Source of the DNA: Fistulifera solaris
Lineage: Eukaryota
DNA: 64,000 nt
Reading direction: 5' to 3'
NCBI GenBank assembly: GCA_030295235.1
Contig: AP026169.1
Coordinates: 310,001 to 374,000, forward strand
A program made the position numbers and the translations under genes. The notes beneath the pieces were generated by a model. That model was given only the letters and a program-made list of their open reading frames with translations. It had not been told where the DNA came from and searched no databases. Of this stretch, positions 1-12,047 are shown one piece after another; position 1 is the first letter of the stretch, and each line of letters opens with the position of its first letter.

Positions 1-66
1 TTCGTCTTACCGTGCAAGGCACTTTTTTCAATGAAAAGACGAAACTCGTACAGTCCCCATGAACAT

Positions 67-1642
67 TTACATCCCAAAAAAGTCTTGTAATAAGCCTTCC
101 ATATTTCGTAATCGGACCTTCTCGGCAGAACCGCTAGCTTTTAGCACGTCATGAGGACTTCGCAAATCCGATCGACCTATTTCGGGTGAAGAACGCGCTT
201 CGACCTTTTCCGTGGGAGTGGCAGATCTTCCCGGCATGGCTCGCACCGAGCGGCCATCGTGATCATACTTTGAAAGGGAAGAATTAACATTTCAGACAAT
301 TATCAAATAATAGTACGAGTTTCGCACTGGAAACATACCTTTCGTTGCAACATCCGTCGAATTTCTTGCTCTTTGCGCATAACTTCTTCCATGAGTCGAT
401 TGTTCTTCGTCTCTTCTACTTGCACGAGATGTCTCCAGTGATTCCGATCGCTTTCCAATTGCTCCAACTGCTTGGCCCATTCTCGCTCTCGGGCTTCCAA
501 GGTGGCCTCCAATTGCTGCCGTCCCTGTGACTCGAGCTGCAATCGGGCTTCCAAGTCGCCGTGGACGCGTTCTAACTGTGCTAACCGGCGGTTTTGACTT
601 TCCAGAATGCGGGCGTATGATTTGATTTCATGTACCTCTTCTGTGACCAATCGTTCAAACAGAGGCGTCGGTGGGTTCATCGGTGGATCGTGGCGCGCAA
701 GGCTGATGCGATTGCTCACGGGCGGCTCTTGGTCATTCGTATTTGCGTAATCATCATTCTCCGCCGTGTGATTACGATCATTGTAGTTTCTTCTACTCAT
801 GTCTTGAGTCATCTCGGGAAAGTCGCACTGCAGTTTTTGAAGTCTGCGTATTTCCGCCTTTTCGCGTTGACGTTCCCGTTCCTTGTGCGCCTTTTCCGAA
901 TTCTTCTTTTCTTTTATCGATAATTCTTTCTTCCGTTTTCCGAATGGGTTATTTTTAATAGAGTTGGTTTGGAGAACCGAAGAAGACAAAGAAGAAGAAG
1001 ATATTCTAGACGGCTCGAAGGATTTTGCGACCGGGGCTACCAACGGCACTTCCGCCCCTCCGCTTTTATTCGGTTGCGGCCGAATCAGTGTTTCCTTTCT
1101 TGAATGGGCTGACCAGGAAAGAACTTGATTTCCTGTCAACAACGTTTCATTTGAAATGCAGAAACTGACGGCTTTATTCGAAAGTGAAAACGCAGCCGCC
1201 ACTTCTCGTTGTTGCAAGTTCACGGATCTTTTTTCGGGCGACGATGCTTTTGGCGGAGGCGGCGGCGCTGACCATCTGTCGTGAATGAATCAGTCACGTT
1301 TTTGCTTAGGGATTTTACCGTCCCTTCTTCAGCCAAGTTTGGAACATGGAGTCCGTTTTGTAAGCTTTCGCCATCTTTATTTTGATTACATGGAGGAAAA
1401 AGATGCTCTAACAGTCCACGAGAATATTCCGGGGCAGACGAGGATTGAAACACTTGATCATGGTGCTTTTGCGTCGACTTTTTGTCGAGACCTTTCGTGT
1501 CAAACGATGCAGAAAACGAGCTAGTTGTCTTTCTTGCAGAATCTTGCATGATTTTGTTAAGAATAACATTCGCTTTCAGAGTTTCTCTATCAGAGAATGA
1601 GCACCCAGTTCGCCGCCTCGTCGCCACTGGAAAAGGTGTCAT
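67..1642 (-). CDS. Hypothetical coiled-coil protein (spliced; probable homopolymer frameshift near 1230; true start uncertain)
   Basis: ORF 303-1223 has a long heptad/charged region (ESQNRRLAQLERVHGDLEARLQLE...). An intron follows ...MLQRK and a terminal exon ends ...LLQDFFGM-stop at 67. The upstream ORF 1220-1642 joins if one A is added to the A-run. Confidence 0.6.
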
Positions 1643-2257
1643 GTTCTCGAGACAATCAATTTCAAATAATCCGAGTGATTCTTATCGATCAGCTTCCTCT
1701 AACGGCAAGAAAATACAAAATGATGGTGAAATTGAAACGCAGTTCGAATAGAAACTTGGAAATCAATAACGATGGTGGAACTTCTTATTTCTTGTTTCTT
1801 CATTCTACGCATCGCCCAATAATCTATCGCGATGACCACCTTTCTGTCTTGTCTTGTCTTGAAAACTCGAAAAAAAGAATGTGAATACCTTTCCTTCTAC
1901 ACTCAATGTTACAGTCATTTTCAGTTTCACATATCATAGAACGTGCTAGACTTTTTACCTTATCAAGACTCACTTTATGTCATTTTCCATTTTCTGTCAT
2001 TTCAAATATCTCATTTGTCCATTTTGAGACACGTCACCGACGGGTGTCATATTGGTTCCCAACCAAGCGTTACAAGTACGGTACCTCGCACCATCTATTC
2101 AATAATTCATCGTTAAAGCAATGCTGAGAGAAGTCTTGAGCTTGCTTAGATTTTATATCAATGAAAAAATGCTAATACGCGGACTAAGTTGACGGATACG
2201 ATCGTATAGCTTCCAGTTTTAAGCAGTTGCAGCAAGAGGAACAAATTGCGGTAAGCT

Positions 2258-3991
2258 TCATCCAATCACCGCCCATATCTCTTTCGTTTCTGCGCAACTG
2301 CGTACTTTGTGCTTTCGACGCCAATCCAGAGTCAAAATGCGACGCTGTGATTCCCAATCGGCTTGGACTTGAGGATCTTCGCGGTAGGCAGCAATACCTT
2401 GACTCCTAATACGGCTTCCATCGCCTTGTGAGTAGAAAAAATTGACATATGCGTCTAGATCTTTGTCAGGAAAAGCGACTCCACGCCGAAAACGTTTTTG
2501 TATGGGTTCTTCATTCTCTATTTGCATAGGTTCCGCCAGAATTGACTCGGGTGCCTTTTTCTCAGTACTCTTGACAGGAAGGTGTACAATTGTTTCCGCC
2601 ACTGTCGGCTTTGGTTCTTGAACTTGAAATGAAAATGAGAAAGCACTTTGTTGGACAGGAACGCCGGTTGAAATGGATTCTGGCTCCCTGGACTCTTGCT
2701 CTCGATTTGCTTTGAACACCTGTTCCAATTTCTCCTGCTCGTATATCATTTCAGACATATCGTCTCCTGTCTTATTTTCAAAGTTCACATTGGACTCATC
2801 TTCTTCACTAGACACTATTTCCTCTCTACTATCGTCACCCCCTTTCATCTCCACCTCTTCATCCTCAGTCGTTGATCCTGACACCGATGGCTCTACGATA
2901 AATTTTTCGGATGACAACTGCGTCGGATCGAAACGGACCATTTGGCCCATCTCCGTCCAGCCCTTTCTCGTATCGCTGGATCCCTTCGGAGTCGCCGTTT
3001 CACTCTGACCTACTTCCGAGTGTGGTTTTTTTCCTTCCAAATCTGGAAAGATTTGCGCGAGAATGTTCAAATTGCTTTGGACATCTTCTGCTGATATTTC
3101 TTCGTGGTCCTCCTCCACTGAAGACGAATCGTCATGAATCTCATCCTTGGAAAGTACACTTTCCTCTTCCCTGGAAGTACTTTCCAGATGTGTTTTAGTG
3201 CTTTCATGTATCCTTTTTCGATCTTTATCGCTTGGTTTTTCTTTTTCATCGACATCATTTTCATCATCCGAGGAGTCCGACCAGACGTAGGCACCATTGC
3301 TTTTAATTTCTCGCACTTTGTTTTCCTTTGATGAGGCATTTGTCGAAGATGAAGAGGATTCGGTGTCAGAGACTTCGCTTTCTTCATCAGAAGCTGATAA
3401 TTCGAGGGAAGCTGGGTGGCTTAGTGGCCGAGAAAAAGCACCTTCTGCTTCTTTGAAACGAAGAAGAACGGCCCGGTTCCACGCAGATGAATTCAACGTT
3501 CGATTTTTCTTCTCCCTAGTTTTCGCTTGCTTTTCAATAAGCCGCGTCCTCATTTTACGAAACATTGACCAATCGGACACCTCGCACGGTTTCGTATCGA
3601 CTTTCCACGATTCTTCACCATACCCCCGTCGAATTTTCAAGTGCCTCGGAATCGGGACAGATTCTGGGAGTTCAGTTTCCTCTTCTTCAGCAGATACAAC
3701 CCGCTCTGCGCGTTCTTTCGCAAGTCGGTCCAAGTAGTGTGGCTTGGCAGCCTCAACCTTGAGTTTGCATCCTTTCCATTTCACGTTGTTGTAGAGCTTG
3801 CGAATTGTTTCCAAAGCGGATACTCCAGATTGTAGAGAGATTGCATTAAAATGACAATATGTTGATGAAAGGCACATATCTTGAAGCTCTACTTTGTCTT
3901 TGACATCGGCTGCAATTCGATGCATTACTTCCTCAACAGTCAAACGCGGAGGATCTACGCCGCCGACGTAGATTCGTTCCACTTCGACCAT
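2258..3991 (-). CDS. Nucleolar protein 8 (NOL8)-like N-terminal RRM protein
   Basis: N-terminal RRM-like segment (RIYVGG...YNNVKWKGCKLKVEAAKPHYLDRL), acidic low-complexity middle, and C-terminal W...R..LTLDWRRKHK motif. The extreme C-terminus reads KYAVAQKRKRYGR after removing one A. Confidence 0.75.
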   Translation of the reverse strand: MVEVERIYVGGVDPPRLTVEEVMHRIAADVKDKVELQDMCLSSTYCHFNAISLQSGVSALETIRKLYNNVKWKGCKLKVEAAKPHYLDRLAKERAERVVSAEEEETELPESVPIPRHLKIRRGYGEESWKVDTKPCEVSDWSMFRKMRTRLIEKQAKTREKKNRTLNSSAWNRAVLLRFKEAEGAFSRPLSHPASLELSASDEESEVSDTESSSSSTNASSKENKVREIKSNGAYVWSDSSDDENDVDEKEKPSDKDRKRIHESTKTHLESTSREEESVLSKDEIHDDSSSVEEDHEEISAEDVQSNLNILAQIFPDLEGKKPHSEVGQSETATPKGSSDTRKGWTEMGQMVRFDPTQLSSEKFIVEPSVSGSTTEDEEVEMKGGDDSREEIVSSEEDESNVNFENKTGDDMSEMIYEQEKLEQVFKANREQESREPESISTGVPVQQSAFSFSFQVQEPKPTVAETIVHLPVKSTEKKAPESILAEPMQIENEEPIQKRFRRGVAFPDKDLDAYVNFFYSQGDGSRIRSQGIAAYREDPQVQADWESQRRILTLDWRRKHKVRSCAETKEIWAVIG

Positions 3992-4406
3992 TATTGTATG
4001 AGCTGAAGCAGCTGCTTCTGTTGCGGAAGGACCAATGCTTCACAAATGGAACGTGTGGAGAGATAAATTTTTATATAACGACTCGTTTGAGGCGAAAATG
4101 ATGCTGGAACGAGAATGAAAGCATGCTTTTCCTGTCAAGGACTGTCAAGGAAAACGGTGCTTTTTTTTGTTGCAGATTTTTGGTTCGATTGTGTGGACCA
4201 GATAGCGGACGATGGACAAGCGCTAATGTTGCCCTGAACCCCTACGTTGAGCGAGTAGCTGTCAGCTATCACGATGATTGACCACATTAACCTAAAGAGC
4301 TATGAATAACCTCTTTCTTCTTCCACTATAAATGACTAAACAGTTACCAAATCGCCTTACGGCATAGACTTCACAAGACGTGAACGGTTATCAGCGATTA
4401 TGAGAT

Positions 4407-5138
4407 TTAATGTAACTGTTCTAATCGTTCCATTTTGTCACAAGCGGCATCACGGCACTGGCCCAAGATCTCGTAACACAAAAAAATGCTATCCACCTTA
4501 TTGTTCTCTTGTAACAAGTGAAGGTACGAATTCAAGGCAGCTATGGTTGAACACAAAAGACCAGTGTCAGAAGACCTCTTACGCCTCATGTCCAGGAATG
4601 AAAGAGCGGCCTTTTCAGAAAAGTGCAGGGCTTCTTTTGAAAATGACGACGTGTTCCCATGGCAAAATAGAGCAATTGCAAAATTGTGCTCTATGCTTGC
4701 AATTTCTTGACGGCGACAATGAGTGGGCCGCTTGTGTATTTGTATGAGAAATGAAATCAATGATGACGGAGCTGTTTCAAGAATGTGCTGTAAAACATCA
4801 TCGCGATGAGCGTGGCATCCAGATTGTTCATCATCATCGTTGCTAGTCTCTAAGACTTCTAAAACTAGTTGTGTCGACTTCTCGCGGTGCGGATGGGTAA
4901 TGTTGTGCCAAACACGGGCCATAGTAGTTTGTAAGTATTTGGTCGAAACCCCTTTGCCGAGGCCGACTCTTCGGATTAAAAAGTAAGCGTTTTGAAAAGT
5001 AACCACGGCCTGCGAGTAGCAGTTCTGCAGAAGGAACTGAATTCCGATGTTGTTGAAGAATAATGCTGCTTCGAGACATCGGCTTTTCGAAGCCGATGTC
5101 CTGTCGAGCCTTTCTAGCTTGGTACGTTCGAATTTCAT
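4407..5138 (-). CDS. Hypothetical TPR-like helical protein
   Basis: 243-aa ORF with TPR-like helices (ALFFNNIGIQFLLQNCYSQAVVTFQNA; IEHNFAIALFCHG). Confidence 0.55.
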   Translation of the reverse strand: MKFERTKLERLDRTSASKSRCLEAALFFNNIGIQFLLQNCYSQAVVTFQNAYFLIRRVGLGKGVSTKYLQTTMARVWHNITHPHREKSTQLVLEVLETSNDDDEQSGCHAHRDDVLQHILETAPSSLISFLIQIHKRPTHCRRQEIASIEHNFAIALFCHGNTSSFSKEALHFSEKAALSFLDMRRKRSSDTGLLCSTIAALNSYLHLLQENNKVDSIFLCYEILGQCRDAACDKMERLEQLH

Positions 5139-6033
5139 GATGATTATCGTGTATGAAAGTGTCTGCTTTTGCGCTCGTCTCTAAGAATAAAGACCACTCC
5201 AGCAGGTGAGGCGGTTCTTTATGCTTCTCGTCGTCAATTATGCTCGAGTCTTTTGTTTTCGTCCAATCTCTCTTTTCTCTCTGGAGAGCGTGAAGGTGAC
5301 TGAGAGAAAAATGTTGTCAAAAATCCAAAATGTACTCTCATTCGTACATAGTATTGTCAAATTCAAGTTGAACCCAAATTTGTTCTATACTAGACTTCAG
5401 TATAGACTATAGACTCCTGGTGAGCCTCAAGCTGGAAAGGAAAGTACTGTAGTAGGAAAAGAAGGATTGATACTTGATACTTATACATTGTACGCATTAC
5501 AAGAAAGTACACATGACTATGAGAACGGGGTACGTGTATGCAGTATGAACGTACGGAGAACAGAGAGAAGACTTCTTCGGGATTCTGGTTCATGGGAAAG
5601 AACTTTTCAACTTTAGCCCTAATTCTAGCTGAGATTGAGCCTCTTGTTTTTTGTTTTTGATTCGCGGTCGGATCTTGGGCCTTGTCGCCCGGTTGCCAGT
5701 CCCCCTCACCGAGTCAAAAAAGGAAAAGCTTGTGGAATACCAGGTACATTTGCCAAAATAGAGGCTTGAAACACGGGAGAAGTTGTCGTGCCGGTCGCCG
5801 ACTGATGGGTGACAACTCATTGTTGACAACTACCTCGAATAGAGACGTTGCGCGAAAGAGTTGATCAAGATTCTACGAGACGTTATTCCGAATGAAAGGA
5901 CTTCATCGGCTCGCTTAACCAAATTAACTCACAAATAGGACTGTAAGCTATATCACCATTGAAATGGCGATAAAAGGAGGTGCAGTTGCCGTCCAACCCA
6001 CCAAAATAACTTCTTCTAAGGTACTGGTATTTC

Positions 6034-6942
6034 TTACAATTCAAAGAAAATAGAGTGTAAACCAAAGAGAAGAAACAGAATTCCTCCCGACAACGCCACA
6101 GTTCGCTCCGAAATTCGAGCTGCCAACATTCTTCCACCAAGAACCGCCAACCCCGTACAAAAAAAGTGCCCCACCGAACAGCCAACTGTTACACCCCACG
6201 GATTGTGCGATGCAGCTAACGCAATTGTTGCTATTTGCGAACGGTCGCCCCATTCAGCGACAAATGTTAAAGTGAGCGACTGCACGGCAATCTTGTACCA
6301 AGGTGTGTGTCGTTTGGCTACATACTTTAGGCCCTCCTCTTCATCGACATCATCATCGTCTTCATTCTCTCCGTCTGCTTTTTTCTTTGATTGTAATCCC
6401 AGCTCTTCTTCAACTTCCTCGAGTTCTTCCGACGTTTTACCCGCGTTCATTCCCCGAGCTTCATACAGCAGCTTGCAGCCAAAATAGAGAAACAATATAC
6501 TTCCCAAAATGTGGGTGTATTTGCGCGGCAACACTTGCGGTAGGACCAGACCCATGGCAGTCGACAAAATGGTCATGATAACGAGAGCACCTATCGCCCC
6601 ACCGAACACCGCAGATCGACTGTGCTTCATGGATAAAATAGCCGCTATAAAGAACGTTTTGTCACCAATTTCGGTAGCCAGAATGACAGCAACGCCCGAA
6701 GTGAAAGATTTCCAGAACCGTTCATGCACTTGTTGTCCTTCTGAGGAAGATGGCCACCATTTGGGCTGCAGCAATTCGTAGCCAGCAATGAACTCTGGTC
6801 GGTCAATTGTTCCGTCGTGATTTTTGTCGATTTGTTGAAATAAGTCGTCGGCTGTATCGCCAGTGACCACTGCAGACACAGAAAGACATAACACAACCAT
6901 CCACCAAAAGGGGAGTCGTCTATTGGCAATTGAGTTCATCAT
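6034..6942 (-). CDS. GDT1: GDT1/TMEM165 (UPF0016) Ca2+/Mn2+:H+ antiporter with signal peptide and N-terminal EF-hand
   Basis: Both family motifs (EIGDKT and EWGDRSQ), about 6 TM helices, acidic central loop, and EF-hand loop DKNHDGTIDRPEF. Confidence 0.92.
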   Translation of the reverse strand: MMNSIANRRLPFWWMVVLCLSVSAVVTGDTADDLFQQIDKNHDGTIDRPEFIAGYELLQPKWWPSSSEGQQVHERFWKSFTSGVAVILATEIGDKTFFIAAILSMKHSRSAVFGGAIGALVIMTILSTAMGLVLPQVLPRKYTHILGSILFLYFGCKLLYEARGMNAGKTSEELEEVEEELGLQSKKKADGENEDDDDVDEEEGLKYVAKRHTPWYKIAVQSLTLTFVAEWGDRSQIATIALAASHNPWGVTVGCSVGHFFCTGLAVLGGRMLAARISERTVALSGGILFLLFGLHSIFFEL

Positions 6943-7302
6943 CCTTTATGGTAATGCGACAGACTCTTATTCAGAGATAATTTTTCTTTTAAGAAACGAT
7001 TAGTTCTTGCTCGTGCTTGGCTGCTCGCTCCTCATGGTGAAAAGTGTCCGTTCACTTGCGCTTGAACTTGCGTTTAGTCGTTCCAGTGTTCAGTGTTCAG
7101 TGTCCCTGGTAGGTTACACCAATTCTGAATTCCAGATTCCGTTTTTTTAACGACACAACATGTCGCATACGACAATTTGCAGTATGCGAAAAGCGAAAAA
7201 CTTGTGGTCACACGCTTACAAACAAAAAAGAGGGGCAGCTGCAACCGATGGTCATCCAATTGGTGCAACAATTCAATTTGTTCGTAGCACTCACCACTAA
7301 AA

Positions 7303-7594
7303 ATGATAGAGGTCATTTTGGACGACCGCCTCGGGAAGAAGGTACGCATCAAATGCAACGAGGATGATACCATCGGAGACGTGAAAAAGTTAGCGGCCGC
7401 GCAACTTGGTACGAGACCGGAAAAGCTACGTATTCAAAAATGGTACACCATTTACAAAGACCATATCACACTAGAAGACTACGAAATTCATGACGGCATG
7501 AGTCTTGAGTTGTAAGTTCAGCAAAATTTTCCATCACTCTTTTCAAACTGGAAGCGTACTCATAGATTCTCGACTTTTCAGGTATTACCAATAA
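7303..7594 (+). CDS. UBL5: Ubiquitin-like protein 5 / Hub1 (intron 7512-7581)
   Basis: [30 protein letters not shown]...[12 protein letters not shown]. Splicing of the GT-AG intron restores the terminal YYQ-stop. Confidence 0.97.
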
Positions 7595-8385
7595 AAATCC
7601 TTGCACACGGCGGATCTAGTACATCTTGATTGACGAAGAAATTCAGTTTCAATGTTAGTTACTCCGGAGTAGTTGACAACATATTCTAGTTTAGAATGAA
7701 CGAAGCATTTATCAGTATTCATTCGTCATGGTCAACTGATTCGGGTGACGGACAAGCGATGACGTCTTGCATCGCCGGGGCGTTTAAGGCGTGACAGTAC
7801 AAATTCTACTTATCTCATATTGAAAACCGGCATTAAATTTTTAGTTAGACATTTTTTTTTGAATAAGGACGTCACTTATGTAATTCCGCTTGCGTGCAAA
7901 GAATTTGGATGGACATTGTGACAATAAATATGATACTAGAGGCATGACTGGCGCGTGGATCCCATTTTCAAAACGTGGCCGCTGGCAACTCCTGCTCTCT
8001 TGGTTTGTTCTTTACCTATTCGTCGGTACAAAGTCTACAGAGCGGCTACGCCGTCGCGTCAGGGCTACAACACTGAGGAGAGCACATCGACGCGATTACG
8101 TTTTGCGTGACTTGCACCCTGTTACGAGGAAAGCATCCAACCTATCCTTTGCAAAGCTTTGTTGTTTTTCTTTTTCAAAATAAGAAATACAGCAGCGTTC
8201 AGCAAAAGGCTCGACTAGACCATCACTGTGCCACTGGAAGCTTTCGCCATTTAGAGTCAATCCTCTGCACGAATTATCACGTAGATCAGTGTGAAACCCA
8301 GTTTCTTAGAAAGGACTTTTCTTACCGACTCCAGTGACATCATAATCATTACAACGGTATTCCTTTCCAGTCATTTAACTGTATT

Positions 8386-11300
8386 ATGGAGAACGCAGAT
8401 CAAGAAAGCTCGGTCACTCGACCATCTTCGTTCACCCTCCAGATATCCAATCGAGACGCCGAGCACTTCCTCGACGCTTGCTCGGCAATGCGCACGCGAG
8501 CCGATGCGATGGGTGTCAAGTTTTCGTTGCCTTCGCCGGGTGAAGACAGCGGCTCAGGTGCTGTTTTTCATGAGAATCTCTATCAAGTGGCCATCAATTG
8601 TAAAAACCAGCAGGTCAAGCTTTTTCTCGAGCGAACGTCACAAGAATGCCAGGCCGACTTGAAAATGGGTTTGATTCTTTTCTGCGAAGCCAGCAAGGAT
8701 GAAAAGTTGCAATACCTTTTCTCGCATTTGTCGACTAGCGAAAAGCTTGGTGCATCCGAGCTGACGGCGTTGTTTCAAACCGTTCTTCTTTCGATTTCCC
8801 GTTGCACTTCCAGCATGGCAAACAAAGTTGTATTGGAAGGAAATCCCAGAGGCCAGCAGACCTCACCCGATAGGCTGATTAAGAAAGTAAAGAGAGAAGA
8901 TGATACGGTTTCTACAAATCCTCTCACCGAGTGCGGCGACTTGCAGTGCCAGTCTACCTCCTTTGATTCCTCTCTGGCAACACTACGAGACGAGGATGAA
9001 AAGTCTTGTGATATTTCATCACTGCAGGCAGAGATTACTGAATGGTCTCATTATGCAACGGATGCAGTCATTCATTTCTCAGGGACGTCACAAGTCGACT
9101 TCGCCCACTTTTTGAAGTGGTGCGACAACAAAGGAAGAGATGTTGCGCCTTGGCTCGAGTTTTTGGATCAGACACAGTGGAAGAGCCTAGCAAATATCAA
9201 ATCAGAAGCCGAACAAAAGACCACCGCCGTGGAATCTCCATCAAGTCTCTGGTCAGAATCATGTGATGTTCGCGCCATCCTTTCCTTTGATTTTAGCGAT
9301 CCAGCAGCTGCTAACCCAGCCATTGTCAACATTTCTGAAGACAACATTCTTGCCCTCAAGCATCTGGTGCAACGAACAGGTCTAAGCGAGCGTACACCGG
9401 AGGACTTGTGTCAAATTCTCATCACGATGTCATCCGGCGAAGACACCTTAAGTCGGAGCTCGTTCGAGGCCAACCACCAAAAGCTGTTTGGTGCTGGTGC
9501 GTTGTCTCGCTTGTCAAAATCAGAGAAGTCATTCTTCAAGGGCAATCTTCTTCACTTCTTTTCTGCTTTCGAGATAGGCGATAGTCGGAGTGTCAATCTG
9601 AGGGAGTTGGCTTTGGGATTCTGTCTTTTTCCTCGGGAAACAAGAGTACTAAACTCGCAATCGGATTTGAATTGATGGATTCCTCCCAAACTGGTTGCTT
9701 GTCAGAGGATGAGTTTCTTCGATATTTACGAGCGTACCTTGCTATGCTTGTAACTACCTGTCAACTCATCCCACTTTCGAAGAGCAAGACATTGCATGTG
9801 CCCAAGAAAATTTCTCTCCGCATGCAGTCGGCTGTTCACCGAGGAGCTGAATGGGCTTTTCGTCATTTTGTGAAAGCCATCTCACATTCTGATAGCCTCA
9901 CGTTTGACTCTTTTGCGAATTGGTATAGCACAGTTGGCTACAACGTCGCACCATGGCTTGAACTCCTCGACCTGAGTAAGGTATTTGCTCTTGTTCAAGA
10001 ACAAGATGCAAGCCCTTTCCGTCTCCCCTGCTTTGAAAGGCGCTTCGTTTACTGAGTCCCGTCCAATTGTGCGCGATCGTGTATCTTCTCTACGTAGGCA
10101 TCACTCCGTTCGGCGTGGGGCTAGTCCTCCAGAGGTTCTTTTACATTTCCGCTGGCAAACCGGCGCTCGCTGATTGTCCTCAAGGAAGATGCCACTTACG
10201 TGCGCCAAGTAGTTGAGCAACTGGGGCTGCTGTCAGTACGACCAGAGCATCTATGGGAGGCCCTTTCAAAAGCAGTAGAAGGTAGAAAACAGCGAGTTGT
10301 TTGTCATGAGGGGCCCGAATACGTAGACATGAAAACGTTCGTGCAGTGCGTTCAAGAAGCCTGCCCAAAAGTAGGTCGAAAGCGCTCCTGTCCATCTGAA
10401 GTGATGCCTATCAATTCTCCGTCGTCGGCAGAAGTCATCTCGAACTTCTTTCAATGTTTCGATCTTAACCGGACGGACAGAGTTGCGGTCGACGAGCTTA
10501 TGGGCGGCCTTTCCCTACTTTGCGGAGGAAAGAAGAGTACAAAGCTTTCCTTTGCTTTCAGTGTATTCGATACCAGGCCTGGCGCCCACGGTCGAAACAA
10601 GCCGAGGCATTTTGTCCATTCACTAAGCGGAGAAGACTTATTCCTGTTTCTACGGTCCGTTCTTATTGTCACTTTTTCCTGCTGTCGACAAAGTCTGGAC
10701 ATGAGTGACGAAATGGTGGGAAGATGCATAGCAGATACCGCGAACATGATTTGCAATGATGTCATGCGCTACCAATGGGAATCCAAAAAGATTGACAGGC
10801 TGGATTTTGACGAGTTTGGCCAGTGGTACAATGAGGGAGGATTTGAACGTGCGCCATGGCTTGAGCTGCTTGACCTTCATAAATGGGTGCTTGTCGACAA
10901 CTACGAAACTCTCGAAAGAAAGTTTCCAATGCGGCACCAGCTCCACTTGATCCTCCAGCATCGTTAAGGCTTCCGGAAAGCACTTTACCTCCACCGCCTC
11001 CGGAAGATGAGGTGGAAGGATTTTTGACGATAACGCTATCATGCCAATGGACAGTGTAAGTTTTGTGTGCCAGATTGTATCAACTACCGTGCGGACGCTC
11101 ACCGACGCTTTCTTTACACTAAAGATGGATGAAATGGATATAATGTTGATGGAACATTCCGACAAGAACTACGCTGTTCCCAGTCCGCATATGAATAATT
11201 TATACTTTGGATCTCCTGCCGATCATAGCTCGTTGAAAGGCAACACGCTTAAATTCCACATGGTGACCAACGAAAAGCACGGCGGTTACATGCTTTCCAT

Positions 11301-11994
11301 GAGTCAAGTGAGAATTAGTCATTTCAGATCACTCATTCTTCAAAGTGGTTTGAATCTTCTTGACCCAGAGACGGTGTGCAACGAAATACTTTCCAAGGCG
11401 TCAAGATCCAAGATTGCGAAACTTTCGTTTGACTTGGCTATGGAAGCGCTTTCGCCGAATCTGAAGAAGGAAGAGAAAACGATGCCTATATGGGATATTA
11501 TCACGGATATCTTTTCTGTGTTCGACCCTGACGGAACCGGTAGAGCTAATGCTGTGGCTGTCGCATGCGGCCTGACCTTATTATGTCAAGGCAAGAAGAG
11601 TGATAAGCTTGAATTTGCTTTCGGTGTTTTAGGCCGGAGCAAGCAGGGTCTCCTTTCGAAAGCTGACTTGACAGTTTTCTTGCAGTCGTTTCTTTCAGTT
11701 TTGCTAACGATTATTGCGTCTCCGGTGCTTCACAGCAATGGAGTCGATGACACTTTGTCTACCAGTAAAGGGAAGCCGTGCGACAACGCCCCAAAAACGA
11801 TTATGCGAGCCGTGAAGGCAGGAGCCCAGTGGGCTACCGACCATGCCTTTGCGGATATTCGACCGAATAGCACGTCTAAAAATCTCTCTATGTCATTCGA
11901 TGATTTCGCTTCGTGGTACACTGCTACCGGTTACAGCAGCATACCGTGGTTGGAGCTACTTGATCTTCACAAGTGGCTTCTGCAATCAGATTAA
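8386..11994 (+). CDS. Large EF-hand repeat protein (four calcineurin-B/recoverin-like modules), split by homopolymer indels and one intron (~11056-11124)
   Basis: Consecutive ORFs 8386-9675, 9672-10055, 10200-10967 and 11041-11994 each carry the module F..WY...G...(A/I)PWLE(L/F)LD..W and EF-hand loops (DSSQTGCLSEDE, DLNRTDRVAVDE, DPDGTGRANAVA). Confidence 0.8.
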
Positions 11995-12047
11995 ACCTGT
12001 CTCTAAAATATTACATGATATTTATAAATTTTTGTCGCCACAACCTT

